Below are positions 17,686 to 27,087 of a DNA stretch of 64,000 nucleotides, piece after piece. The notes under the pieces were generated by a model, which was not told the DNA's origin, searched no databases, and saw nothing but the letters and a program-made list of their open reading frames with translations. Position 1 is the first letter of the stretch, and each line of letters starts with the position of its first letter. This DNA comes from an uncultured archaeon (GTDB lineage: Archaea > Asgardarchaeota > Heimdallarchaeia > Heimdallarchaeales > Kariarchaeaceae). The DNA lies in contig CAZYCQ010000003.1 of assembly GCA_964645535.1 (NCBI GenBank), positions 1 to 64,000 on the forward strand, written 5' to 3'. A program made the translations under genes and the position numbers.

Positions 17686-19304
17686 GCAATTTTCTTTGTC
17701 ATGTAGAATCTATTCAATTTATAACCAAATTTTTCGTAATATTTTCGTACACCTACACCAGAAATAATTGAGAGATAATCGTATCCTGCATCTTCCGTCA
17801 TTTTTTCAGCAAAGGCAAGAAGTCTTTTTCCATAACCTCGATGCTGAAAACTTTCGTAATCACGACCGCCAATCTGTAATGACGAACCATATACATGCAG
17901 TTCTCTTACAATTGCGGATCCAGTAAGCTCAGGAATGAAGATATCCTTGCTAGGAAACCTGAGCCTGAGAAAACCAATCAAAATATCATTGGGGTCTTCA
18001 AAGGAAATGAAATGTTCCATTCCTTCAGAGGCTTCGTACGATCTAACTCTAATATCAATGGTTTCAGGGTCTGGAGGGGGATTGCCTTTATAGATATGAT
18101 GACCAACCTCCCTACACCTAATGCATTTACAGACGGCATTGAGTTGTTCCATTTGTTCCTGTATACGTTTCCTCATATCACCCCATGTAGCACCGCCAAT
18201 GACAAGGTTGATGGGAAGATCCCTTAAAGCACGTTTAATTCTTACATAAGGTGGAGTCATTTTCTTGGCTTCCAAGATGATATGGAAGGTTTCCTCATTT
18301 GTCAAGGGTTTATATTTACCATCAACAGCCATCTGAGCCAAAGGAGTGTTTTCTATGACTTGGGTCGGATAAATCTTGATCTCATCCGGAATAAATCTAG
18401 GATCATAATAGAGGGTTCTAAAATCTTCGATGTCAATCTCGGGGGTAGTTCCGGGAAGACCTGGCATCATGTGCGCAGTGACCTTTAGTCCAGCGTCTCG
18501 AAGAGCTTTGAAGGATGCAACTGTCTCTTTGACACCATGACCCCGATTGACGAATTTAAGGACATCTTCCTGAAGAGTCTGAACACCTACTTCAACACGG
18601 GTAACCCCATATTCGAGCATCTGAACAATATGTTTTTCCAATGCCCAATCAGGCTTAGTTTCAAAGGTTAGTCCAACACATCGGTATTTGGCAGTTTCAT
18701 TTTTTCGTTTGGCCTCTTCAATGGTTTCTGAACGTTCTCCATTTAATGCTTCGTAAATTCCCAGCATGAATTCATCTTGATATGCCTTCGGTGTGCTGTT
18801 GAAAGTTCCTCCCATGACAATGAGATCTATTTTCTCGGCATTGTGGCCAGTTGCTTCAAGCTGTTTGATTCGCGATTTTAACTGTAAAGTGGGATCAAAG
18901 CCGTTCTGGATTGCTCTCATGGAAGCCGGTTCCCGACCAGTATATGACATTGGAGTTCCCCAAGAGGGTCCCCCCGGACAGTAAATGCAAGCCCCATGCC
19001 GGCATGGAAAAGGCGCAGTCATTACAGAAATGACATTGACGCCTGAGATGGATCGGACATTTCTGATCCTGAGAATTTTTTTAAGTTCCTCAATATCTTC
19101 CCTAGTCTCCATTGCATAGGTTAAAAGATCAGAATTACGGGGAAAGCGTTTAAGATGGTATTTGGTGGATATTCTGCGTTTTATTGTTTCGAGCCGTTCC
19201 TTGTCAGGCTTTTCTTCAATTACTTGATCAAGGATTTCATCGAAAGCTGTCTTCATGACAGTATCCATAGCAGAGGTGTCGAACAAGAGGATAAATTCCT
19301 CCAA
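17682..19304 (-). CDS. elp3: Elongator-type tRNA U34 acetyltransferase Elp3 (radical SAM + KAT)
   Basis: VRSISGV, CRHGACIYCPGG, SYTGREP, MGGTF, KIYPT, RELHVYG, QHRGYG, ISGVGVRKYY. True start may be the ATG at 19268. Confidence 0.96.
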   Translation of the reverse strand: MEEFILLFDTSAMDTVMKTAFDEILDQVIEEKPDKERLETIKRRISTKYHLKRFPRNSDLLTYAMETREDIEELKKILRIRNVRSISGVNVISVMTAPFPCRHGACIYCPGGPSWGTPMSYTGREPASMRAIQNGFDPTLQLKSRIKQLEATGHNAEKIDLIVMGGTFNSTPKAYQDEFMLGIYEALNGERSETIEEAKRKNETAKYRCVGLTFETKPDWALEKHIVQMLEYGVTRVEVGVQTLQEDVLKFVNRGHGVKETVASFKALRDAGLKVTAHMMPGLPGTTPEIDIEDFRTLYYDPRFIPDEIKIYPTQVIENTPLAQMAVDGKYKPLTNEETFHIILEAKKMTPPYVRIKRALRDLPINLVIGGATWGDMRKRIQEQMEQLNAVCKCIRCREVGHHIYKGNPPPDPETIDIRVRSYEASEGMEHFISFEDPNDILIGFLRLRFPSKDIFIPELTGSAIVRELHVYGSSLQIGGRDYESFQHRGYGKRLLAFAEKMTEDAGYDYLSIISGVGVRKYYEKFGYKLNRFYMTKKIA

Positions 19305-19305
19305 C

Positions 19306-19479
19306 CTAAACTGATCTTTTGGTTCCTTGTCCCACAGGTTTCATTTTGATTAATCTGTTGTAGTAGTTTTTCCTGTTTCTCATTCTGGGGGAAGGGTGTT
19401 TCCTGTTTGGATACTTCTTCTCAACTTTTGGTGTCCTTTTTCGGACAATACCTGCGTTCTGTAGTCTTCCGTGGGTCAT
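19306..19479 (-). CDS. rps30e: 30S ribosomal protein eS30 (57 aa; absent from the ORF track)
   Basis: Manual translation gives MTHGRLQNAGIVRKRTPKVEKKYPNRKHPSPRMRNRKNYYNRLIKMKPVGQGTKRSV, matching the eS30 pattern HGsLxxAGxVRxxTPKV...PRxRNRxxYxxR; GGAG upstream; next to nop5-fibrillarin. Confidence 0.92.
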   Translation of the reverse strand: MTHGRLQNAGIVRKRTPKVEKKYPNRKHPSPRMRNRKNYYNRLIKMKPVGQGTKRSV

Positions 19480-19590
19480 TCTTTTCTACTCCTTTTCTAA
19501 GCATATGGTGACTTAATCTATTTAAAATGTTCAGATGGATACAACGAAGGCAGTGTAATCGTTAAATAAAGTATTGTGTGAATCTCTTTT

Positions 19591-20748
19591 GTGGTTCTAA
19601 TCAGCTCGGATTCTTTCGGCATCCATATCTTGTCTGAGGATGGAAATTTGATCGCAGAAATCAGACGGGAAGATGCAGATGCATCCACCTTAACCCATGT
19701 CCTTGAGCCCCATAAGAATGAACGAGTGGTTGTTGATAGTTCTTGGATTTTAGAAATAATTCCAGAAGGATATAGGACAGTGATAGATCTTTCTCAACCG
19801 ATACTTAAAGAATGGAGGCTGAACCGATACGACAAATTACTGAATGATGTAGGAGCTTCAATTGATTATGCGGATTATATTGAGCGAACTAGAAATCTGG
19901 CATTTCAACGATCCCGGGCATCCGTACGGAAACATGCTGAAGGAAGAGATACCCTTGTTGCTCAAGCCATACATGCCATTGATGAACTCCAGAAATCCTT
20001 TACACTTCTGGCAGGTCGGCTAAAAGAAATCTACGCACTGCACTTCCCAGAATTCACCAATAGAGTGCGAAATCCGGTAACGATGGCTAAAATCATTTTA
20101 GATACCCCTAAACGATCAGATATGACCATAAGCAAATTGGAGAGTTTTGGAATAGATCCAGAATATGCCCAGTACATAGTCGACCACAAAGATGATTCAT
20201 TGGGTGGGGAATTCAAAGATAACGATCTTGCATTGATTCAGGAACTGGCCGATAGCGTCTATAATCTCCACAAGAGGAAAACCGCCCTTGAAGAATGGGT
20301 GGCCAACACCATGAAGGAAGTCGCCCCCAACCTAACCGCGGTTGCTGGTTCGAATGTTGGAGCTCGACTAATTGCCCATGTGGGAAGCCTGCGGGATCTA
20401 GCTTTTCTCTCTAGTGGCAAAGTCCAGACCCTTGGGGCAGAAAAGGCGCTTTACAAAGCACTTCGGTTTAAAGGCAAACCACCAAAACATGGGATAATTT
20501 TTCAGATCCCAGAAGTGGGAACCATGCCTTTCTGGTTAAGAGGAAAAATGGCAAGGGCTTTTGCATCAAAGATAGTCATTGCAGCAAGATTGGATCTCTA
20601 TGGAGGGTCTTTTCTAGGTGATGAACTCCGGATACAACTCAAGGACAAAGCCAAAAAACTCAGGGAACAATTTCCAAACCCACCGAAAAAGGCAGCACAG
20701 AAACCTAAACCTCAATTCAGAAAGAAGAGAAGGAGGAAGAAAAAGTAA
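19591..20748 (+). CDS. nop5: Box C/D RNP protein Nop5 (Nop56/58 family)
   Basis: QAIHAIDEL, RLKEIYALHFPE, APNLTAVAG..VGARLI, VQTLGAEKALY, PPKHGIIFQ, RGKMAR; basic C-terminal tail. Confidence 0.95.
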   Translation: MVLISSDSFGIHILSEDGNLIAEIRREDADASTLTHVLEPHKNERVVVDSSWILEIIPEGYRTVIDLSQPILKEWRLNRYDKLLNDVGASIDYADYIERTRNLAFQRSRASVRKHAEGRDTLVAQAIHAIDELQKSFTLLAGRLKEIYALHFPEFTNRVRNPVTMAKIILDTPKRSDMTISKLESFGIDPEYAQYIVDHKDDSLGGEFKDNDLALIQELADSVYNLHKRKTALEEWVANTMKEVAPNLTAVAGSNVGARLIAHVGSLRDLAFLSSGKVQTLGAEKALYKALRFKGKPPKHGIIFQIPEVGTMPFWLRGKMARAFASKIVIAARLDLYGGSFLGDELRIQLKDKAKKLREQFPNPPKKAAQKPKPQFRKKRRRKKK

Positions 20749-21434
20749 TGGAAATACAGATTGCACCTGCAAAAAAACAATCCGGTGTTTTTCGTGTTCA
20801 AGGGATTCCAGGAGTTCAATTGGCAACACAAAATGCGGTTCCTGGTATCGCAGTTTACGGAGAACGTCTCTTTTCAATCAAAAACCGAGAATACCGTGAA
20901 TTTTCTCATAAAAGATCGAAAATCGCGTCCAGTATACTTTCTGGCTTGAAAATCCCGTATTTAAAGCCGACATCAAGGGTACTTTACTTGGGTGCCTCCA
21001 CAGGAACAACCGTCTCCCATCTAAGTGACATTTTAACCAAAGGGGTAATATTTGCAGTGGAATTTGCCCCAAGACCAATGAGGGATTTATTGGAGATGGC
21101 CAGCCTCCGAGAAAACATCATTCCAATACATGGGGATGCAAGATATCCTGAACAGTATTCTGACATTGTTGACGGGGTTGATTTTGTCTTTTGTGATGTG
21201 GCTCAACCCAACCAATCTGAATTATTCTTGGAAAATGTACGTTCATTTCTCAAACCGGGAGGTGGAGCGATGATTGCCGTCAAATCCAGATCCATTTCAC
21301 AAGCAAAATCACCAGATCAAATATTTTCTGAACAAAGGGAATTTCTGGAAAAAGGAGGCCTGTTACTGGAGAGATCCGTAAATATCTCGAAATACCATAA
21401 GGATCATGAAGTTTTCCTTTTCAAGTGGAATTAA
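20748..21434 (+). CDS. flpA: Fibrillarin rRNA/tRNA 2'-O-methyltransferase
   Basis: VYGE, RSKIAS, VLYLGASTGTTVSHLSD, AVEF, GDARYP, DVAQPNQ; TAATG coupling to nop5. Confidence 0.97.
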   Translation: MEIQIAPAKKQSGVFRVQGIPGVQLATQNAVPGIAVYGERLFSIKNREYREFSHKRSKIASSILSGLKIPYLKPTSRVLYLGASTGTTVSHLSDILTKGVIFAVEFAPRPMRDLLEMASLRENIIPIHGDARYPEQYSDIVDGVDFVFCDVAQPNQSELFLENVRSFLKPGGGAMIAVKSRSISQAKSPDQIFSEQREFLEKGGLLLERSVNISKYHKDHEVFLFKWN

Positions 21435-21517
21435 CTTCCAAGAATTTCACTTAGATAGATTGTAATATCCAATTGTTAATAAAGGACCCTTCCCAATAAG
21501 AGTTGAATTAAAGGTCA

Positions 21518-22132
21518 GTGGAAACCATGAGTACGACATTATCCCGAACACCAGAAATTACACCTGAAAGGAGCGGCTTTTTCACAAAAATCGCTCGATA
21601 TTTTCACCTACGTCCTATCAAAGTCGTTTTGGAGACCATGCTGAGAGTTCCTACAACGAACCTCTATCACCCAATCCATGTTTCGCATTCACAATACCCC
21701 TACGTCCAGGAAAGGTACAGAGGACTATTGGCTCTTTCCTATGAAGCCTGTACTGGATGCAAGAAATGTGAAAGAATTTGTCCAAATAAGACCATTATCA
21801 TGCAAACAAGGGAAATCAATGGGAAGGAATACCGTTTTCCCGCATACTTCGCAGGTCGATGCATGAAGTGTGGCCTTTGTGAAGAATCCTGTGACAGACA
21901 GTTCGCTATACGACACACTGACCAATTTGAAGATGCAGGATATATTCGTGAACAGCTTTTCTACACTCCTGAAAGGATGTGGGACATGTGGGACAAACAT
22001 ATCCAACCACGCATTGATGCAGGAATTGCCCATGTGGCAGTTCCAGACAAACGAAGAGTCGAAAAAGAAGAGTTTAAGGAAAAAGAAGAACTTCGAAAAC
22101 AACAAGATGAAGCTGATCCTCGGATATATTAA
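21518..22132 (+). CDS. NuoI-like 2x[4Fe-4S] subunit
   Basis: QYPYV.ERYRG upstream of CTGCKKCERICP and GRCMKCGLCEESC, then FE.A.Y.REQLFY as in complex I subunit I. Confidence 0.8.
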   Translation: METMSTTLSRTPEITPERSGFFTKIARYFHLRPIKVVLETMLRVPTTNLYHPIHVSHSQYPYVQERYRGLLALSYEACTGCKKCERICPNKTIIMQTREINGKEYRFPAYFAGRCMKCGLCEESCDRQFAIRHTDQFEDAGYIREQLFYTPERMWDMWDKHIQPRIDAGIAHVAVPDKRRVEKEEFKEKEELRKQQDEADPRIY

Positions 22133-22175
22133 AAAAAGTTACTTCATCTGATTGAAGTTCGGGTTTTCAATTTAA

Positions 22176-22670
22176 TCAACTTCGGTTGTAATGGAAAACA
22201 ATCTGTTTCACGGTTTGTGCTTCCCATTTGCTGAAGGTTTGTTTGGCCGAGATTGCCATTTGTTTCCAATTTCGGGGAAGATACCAGAGAAGCCATTCAA
22301 TTTTTTTCAACTCATCTTCGTTTGAAGCCAAGGCATCATCAACTAGAATTGAGATATCCCCCTCATCCCAATCACCTTTCTGAACTGCGGGTATTTGCTT
22401 GGAGAGTTCTGTCTTCAAACGTTTGAGGACAAAACGTTCAAATTCGTCTCCAACGTCCAAGTTAAGGTGTACTAGGACGCTGTTCACTGTTGATTCAATC
22501 AACATGTCTTCTTCAAAAGTCTGGGTAACTGACCCGATCTCGCATTCACGGCAAACAGCACAAGGAAAATTGATTCCGCCTCTTGTAGGGCATTCGATGG
22601 GACTAAGGGATCGAAACTCTTCCAATGTAACATATGACTTCATATGACAAGAAAAAATAAGAAATTGCAA
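22176..22670 (-). CDS. Hypothetical protein with N-terminal Cys cluster
   Basis: CPTRGGINFPCAVCREC then a helical domain; likely start at the second Met (MKSYV). Confidence 0.6.
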   Translation of the reverse strand: MQFLIFSCHMKSYVTLEEFRSLSPIECPTRGGINFPCAVCRECEIGSVTQTFEEDMLIESTVNSVLVHLNLDVGDEFERFVLKRLKTELSKQIPAVQKGDWDEGDISILVDDALASNEDELKKIEWLLWYLPRNWKQMAISAKQTFSKWEAQTVKQIVFHYNRS

Positions 22671-22727
22671 TATTTAAATCCAAGGTTCAGCATCTTCAAA
22701 ATTAAATACCACTGAAAGAAGCCTCTT

Positions 22728-23465
22728 TTGATGTACATCGAAGACAATTTTGAGGAATTTGAAAAGGTCAGGACCATCAATTCCCTCCTAGTTTGGATCA
22801 AGCTTGAGAATATTCAGTCAAACTTTTCGGTTGTCCGGCAGAATTTCCTCAATTTTGTTGCCGATGTAGCCAAGGAGGCAACTAAAAAATGGTGGAATTT
22901 GAAAAAGCGAAAGTTCAATTCGGAACAGGAAAGAATCAAGGAATTGACCAAATCTGTCAAAGAATTCAGGTCAAAGTCACTGCAACAGTTGACGGCCACG
23001 ATTTTTGATGATTTATGGTATTTGAGAGCAGAAACAGAGTTACTTCTAGCTATTTTTCATTTCGGATTTATCTCAGAATTCGTCAATAGGGATTTCAAAT
23101 GGGAGGAAAAGATACTTGAACAAAGCAAACCTCTTGTTCTACGCCTGAAATCACCTTCAAAATCAAATATCAAGAATTATAGCCTGAACAAGGAAATCAA
23201 AAGAATGTTAGATCCCATTGCAAAAAACTTTGAAGAAACTGCTGGAATTGTAGCCAAATTCAAGATTCCAAAATCATACATAAATTTCGAAAAAGAGCTG
23301 ATCAAAAAACATGAATCCGCAAAGATTTCAGTTCAGGAATTCGAGAATTTTAAAGCAACATATGATACAGAAAAAATGAGGAAAAAACTGAAATCAGTAT
23401 ACAAAATCCTTTTCCAATTGAGGGAAGAGTTGACTCGGCTAACCCAAGCTTGCTCTCCGCGTTGA
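22728..23465 (+). CDS. Hypothetical K/E-rich helical protein
   Basis: 245 aa ORF with coiled-coil-like composition; no motif. Confidence 0.6.
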   Translation: MMYIEDNFEEFEKVRTINSLLVWIKLENIQSNFSVVRQNFLNFVADVAKEATKKWWNLKKRKFNSEQERIKELTKSVKEFRSKSLQQLTATIFDDLWYLRAETELLLAIFHFGFISEFVNRDFKWEEKILEQSKPLVLRLKSPSKSNIKNYSLNKEIKRMLDPIAKNFEETAGIVAKFKIPKSYINFEKELIKKHESAKISVQEFENFKATYDTEKMRKKLKSVYKILFQLREELTRLTQACSPR

Positions 23466-23537
23466 AAAGCGTGTTTCCAACTGAAGTTTTTTTAACAAGA
23501 AGACAGTAATTGACCTAATACTGCGAGGAAAATCATT

Positions 23538-23768
23538 ATGCCAAGTTGTCCAGATTGTGGAGAAACAAAAATGAAAAAACATGCCCCCTTCTATGTTTGC
23601 ACAAGATGTGGCTTGAGTTTCAAGCCCACTGAAATTCAACAAGCAAAAGATCGGGCAAGACGTGAACTTCAGCAATTAATGAAGGGAAATTCCCCGGATG
23701 AATCTCAGGAGAGGAAAAAAAGAAAACTAAGGGATTACCGACGATGGTTTGAAGGAAGAGAAGAATAA
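23538..23768 (+). CDS. Small Zn-ribbon protein
   Basis: MPSCPDCG...YVCTRCG then a charged helix ending RDYRRWF; GAGG SD upstream. Confidence 0.75.
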   Translation: MPSCPDCGETKMKKHAPFYVCTRCGLSFKPTEIQQAKDRARRELQQLMKGNSPDESQERKKRKLRDYRRWFEGREE

Positions 23769-23786
23769 GCGAGGGAAACCGGAAAA

Positions 23787-24971
23787 TTGGACGAGGAATA
23801 CAGGTTTTACGGTATTGGAAGATATTCCACAAACTTGACGCCAATTGAAGGAAGGATTAAGAAAAGGCCTTCAGACTTCATCGTTGAGGAACTGAATGAT
23901 GAAGGAATGCCAGTTTCCTCAATTTCATATACAACAGAAGCAGGCGCCTATTTGGTCATCTTGGCCATTCGGGAAAACATGGCACATCATAGAATGGTAA
24001 GAAAGCTTGCTCGTTTCTTCAGAGTGTCACCAGATGATATCGGAACTGGAGGAATCAAAGATAAAAAAGCAATTGTAACTCAAATGGTCTCTGTTTTTGA
24101 ACCAAGGAAAAATGTTGACTTCGAGGAATTTATTCTTGAACCGGGTCTCCTGATTAGAAATTTGGGATGGCGAAAGAAAGGGGTTGTAAAAGGTCACATT
24201 GGAGGGAATCAATTTCGAATTGTTATTCGAGACACTATTGACCTGTCAAATGAGATGATCCAATCAATGACAAAAGAACTTTCTGAAGCCCAGTTGTTGA
24301 ATTTCTATGGTCCACAGAGATTTGGAGGGATGAGACCGGTCAATTCCAAAGTTGGGAGGGCAATTTTTGAACGTGATTTTGAAACTGCGGTTAAACTTTA
24401 TGTAGGAGAACCAAGCCTCAAAAACATCGCAGAGAATGAATATCGGAATCTTTTTCGTGAAACATTGGATCCTGAATTGGTGCTGTCACAATGGGTAGGG
24501 ATTAATTCGGAAGAAAAAGCAATACTTGAATGGTTAATTCGAAGACCCAATGATTACGAAGGAGCTATTTACCAACTTCCTAAATCAATGATTTCCCTTC
24601 TTAGACGATCTTTCATATCCTACCTTTGGAATAGATACCTCACCAACCGGTTCACAACAGGAATATTAAAAGGAGAAAGGCTTGTTTCATTGCGGAACAA
24701 GAAGAACATCGAAGTAGCTTTGCCTTCTGGCAAATGGCCCAAGCCGTTAAATGAAATTTGGGAGGAAGTTTTTGACAGCCTCAACCTAAATGTCAATCTG
24801 TTCAGATCTGAAAAGCATACTACCAGATTCCTCTTCATGAATCAAGAGAATCTAACCATTTCCCCTTCCAGCAGAAATAGCCTTCAAATAAGTTTCTCAT
24901 TGACTACTGGACAATATGCTACCGTTCTTTTGAGGGAAGTTATGAGATCACCTCTTCAAAATTACATCTAG
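23787..24971 (+). CDS. truD: tRNA pseudouridine(13) synthase TruD/Pus7
   Basis: GRIKKRPSDFIVEE, catalytic GIKDKKAIVTQ, GNQFRIVIR, NFYGPQRFG, GQYATVLLRE. Confidence 0.93.
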   Translation: MDEEYRFYGIGRYSTNLTPIEGRIKKRPSDFIVEELNDEGMPVSSISYTTEAGAYLVILAIRENMAHHRMVRKLARFFRVSPDDIGTGGIKDKKAIVTQMVSVFEPRKNVDFEEFILEPGLLIRNLGWRKKGVVKGHIGGNQFRIVIRDTIDLSNEMIQSMTKELSEAQLLNFYGPQRFGGMRPVNSKVGRAIFERDFETAVKLYVGEPSLKNIAENEYRNLFRETLDPELVLSQWVGINSEEKAILEWLIRRPNDYEGAIYQLPKSMISLLRRSFISYLWNRYLTNRFTTGILKGERLVSLRNKKNIEVALPSGKWPKPLNEIWEEVFDSLNLNVNLFRSEKHTTRFLFMNQENLTISPSSRNSLQISFSLTTGQYATVLLREVMRSPLQNYI

Positions 24972-25477
24972 GTGAACGCGTAATGGGTCTTTAAGCCAAA
25001 TAGTTCTTCGGTAAGTCCAGAGATGGTTTCTTGGTTGATTGGAAGTCTTTTTTCATCTTCTTTTTTTAATTGTACCTTTATTTCTTTTTCACCAAACGGC
25101 GGGATGAAAACAGTGCTGATTGAGATAGGTTCAATGGGAGCAATCATGTTTTCAATGAATTTGTTCACCTTATTGGCTCGTTCAATAATGAATACATCTG
25201 TTCCGATAGCATCACTCAGGTCATTCATCAAAACAAAGCCCGACTTTTCAAATCTGGCCTTATCCCCTTTTTCTACAATCAGAAATGCACCTGATGGGGT
25301 AAGAATGATCTTGCTAAGGGTAATCTTGTTTAATTCTTTATTCTGTTTTGCCGCATGGATGATGATTTTACCAACTTTGATGTCAATTTCGGAAACTTCA
25401 CCGCTCTTCATTTTTTTGGCACAGGTCAAACATAGGTCATTGGTCGTTATACACATTCTATCAAGAGTAAGCTTCAC
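24968..25477 (-). CDS. Archaeal NusA-like/KH-domain protein with N-terminal Cys cluster
   Basis: MKLTLDRMC...LCLTCAKKMKSGEVSEIDIKV resembles the archaeal NusA-paralog N-terminus; GTG start with GGAGG SD. Confidence 0.7.
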   Translation of the reverse strand: MKLTLDRMCITTNDLCLTCAKKMKSGEVSEIDIKVGKIIIHAAKQNKELNKITLSKIILTPSGAFLIVEKGDKARFEKSGFVLMNDLSDAIGTDVFIIERANKVNKFIENMIAPIEPISISTVFIPPFGEKEIKVQLKKEDEKRLPINQETISGLTEELFGLKTHYAFT

Positions 25478-25654
25478 AAATGTTCCTCCTTGTTGAATTC
25501 AAATAATCCTATATTAATTTCCTCTTTCTTCCCTTTTTAACTTTCAGATGGTCATTAATTCCTTAATGCCAATTAGGTTAATTAGTGGCAGACTATTTTT
25601 TTTGAGAAATTACAATCTTCCATTGAACAAGGTTGATAAAGGGTAAGATTATAG

Positions 25655-26254
25655 TTGAAACAATTAATGACTGAAGGCATTCCTCGCACAAGTCCCGGGA
25701 GGACTTTCGTTTACAAAGTTGTATTGATTGGTGATGGAGCGGTCGGCAAAACCAGCCTAAGAAGGAAGTACATGGGAGAAGGCTTTCAAGTCGAATACCT
25801 GAATACGGTTGGGGCTGATTTTGCATATTATAGTGAGAAAGTTGGAAATGACATCTACAAATGGAGCATTTGGGATCTTGCAGGTCAACCAAAATTTGAG
25901 AATGTCAGACCAATGTTCTATCAAGGCGCTTTGGGCGCTTTGGTTTGCTTTGACAGCACACGCGTTGAAACCTTCAAGAACCTTGACAAATGGATTGATG
26001 AGCTGGTCAGAAACACTTACAGCGAAGGAACACCTATTGTCGTTGTAGCAACGAAAATGGATATCTATGATCCCAATGCAGAAGGTCATGTCAATTTTGA
26101 TGAAGTGGAAAAATACGTAGAAAAATTACGTGACCGCTTCAAAAACCGATTTGAGATCAATATGATCAAAACTTCGGCCTTGAAAGGAACCAATATCCGA
26201 GAAGCTTTCAATATGCTTAGAGAAGCAATCATCAAATGGCACGAAAATAGCTGA
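25655..26254 (+). CDS. Small Ras-superfamily GTPase (Rab-like; eukaryotic signature protein)
   Basis: G1 GDGAVGKT, G2 YLNTVGADF, G3 WDLAGQ, G4 ATKMD, G5 TSALKG; no C-terminal CAAX. Confidence 0.93.
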   Translation: MKQLMTEGIPRTSPGRTFVYKVVLIGDGAVGKTSLRRKYMGEGFQVEYLNTVGADFAYYSEKVGNDIYKWSIWDLAGQPKFENVRPMFYQGALGALVCFDSTRVETFKNLDKWIDELVRNTYSEGTPIVVVATKMDIYDPNAEGHVNFDEVEKYVEKLRDRFKNRFEINMIKTSALKGTNIREAFNMLREAIIKWHENS

Positions 26255-26317
26255 AAGGAAACATAAGTTCGTTTGAAAGCCCTCCCATTTTTCAAGGATA
26301 GGTTTTCCAGTTGAGTC

Positions 26318-27085
26318 ATGAGTGATATCGTAGCAACAAGAGAAGAAGGCGTTCTCATCTTGGAACTTGCTTCAAAAAGCAATACTTTCACCTATAGCCT
26401 GCTGGAAACTTTAGAAATGTGGCTACAACAAGCTGAAAATGATCATTCCCTTCACGCAATTATCATTACCGGCAGGGGAAAAATGTTTTCTGCTGGTGGA
26501 GACCTCAATGAAATGCTTTCTGAGATTGAAGCAGGAAGAAAAGCAGGCTATGTCCGCAATATTGTCCCCTTGGTCAACCGTGTAATTCGACTAATTCTTT
26601 CGCATCCACTTCCAATAATTGTTGCTTTAAATGGAAGTGTGGCAGGTGGTGCCATTTCAATCTTGCTTGCAGCGGATCATCGCGTTGCCGTTTCAAAAGC
26701 TAAGATTGCATTTGCCTTTGGTTCTCTTTCCCTCACCCCAGATTCTGGAACTTCTGTTCTCGTGCCATATTTTTTGGGAGTCAATTTCTCAACGGCAGCC
26801 TTTTCAAAGGCGGAAATTCATTCCGTAAATGACCTAGCTCCAAATTTGTTTGACGAGATTGTTGAGAGTAAAGAGGAGTTATTGGTTGTTGCGAGAAAAA
26901 TTGCTGATACCTACAAAAACGTAGACAGGTGGGTATTTTGGAAGACAAAATCCCTTGTCCGGTCACAATTGATCGAAAGGTTCGATAAACAATCAGAACT
27001 TGAATTGAAAATGATACAAACCGCATGTGAACGTGACCAATTTGAAATTAAGTTAAGAAAAATGATTGATCGGTTAGCAACCTGA
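26318..27085 (+). CDS. Enoyl-CoA hydratase/isomerase (crotonase), PaaG-like
   Basis: ITGRGKMFSAGGDL, PIIVALNGSVAGGA, FGSLSLTPDSG (Asp-type active-site motif). Confidence 0.88.
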   Translation: MSDIVATREEGVLILELASKSNTFTYSLLETLEMWLQQAENDHSLHAIIITGRGKMFSAGGDLNEMLSEIEAGRKAGYVRNIVPLVNRVIRLILSHPLPIIVALNGSVAGGAISILLAADHRVAVSKAKIAFAFGSLSLTPDSGTSVLVPYFLGVNFSTAAFSKAEIHSVNDLAPNLFDEIVESKEELLVVARKIADTYKNVDRWVFWKTKSLVRSQLIERFDKQSELELKMIQTACERDQFEIKLRKMIDRLAT

Positions 27086-27087
27086 AT

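Noticed and set aside
19480-21517. Box C/D guide RNA near nop5-fibrillarin
   Set aside because: No properly spaced RTGATGA...CTGA pair was found in the flanking intergenic sequences.
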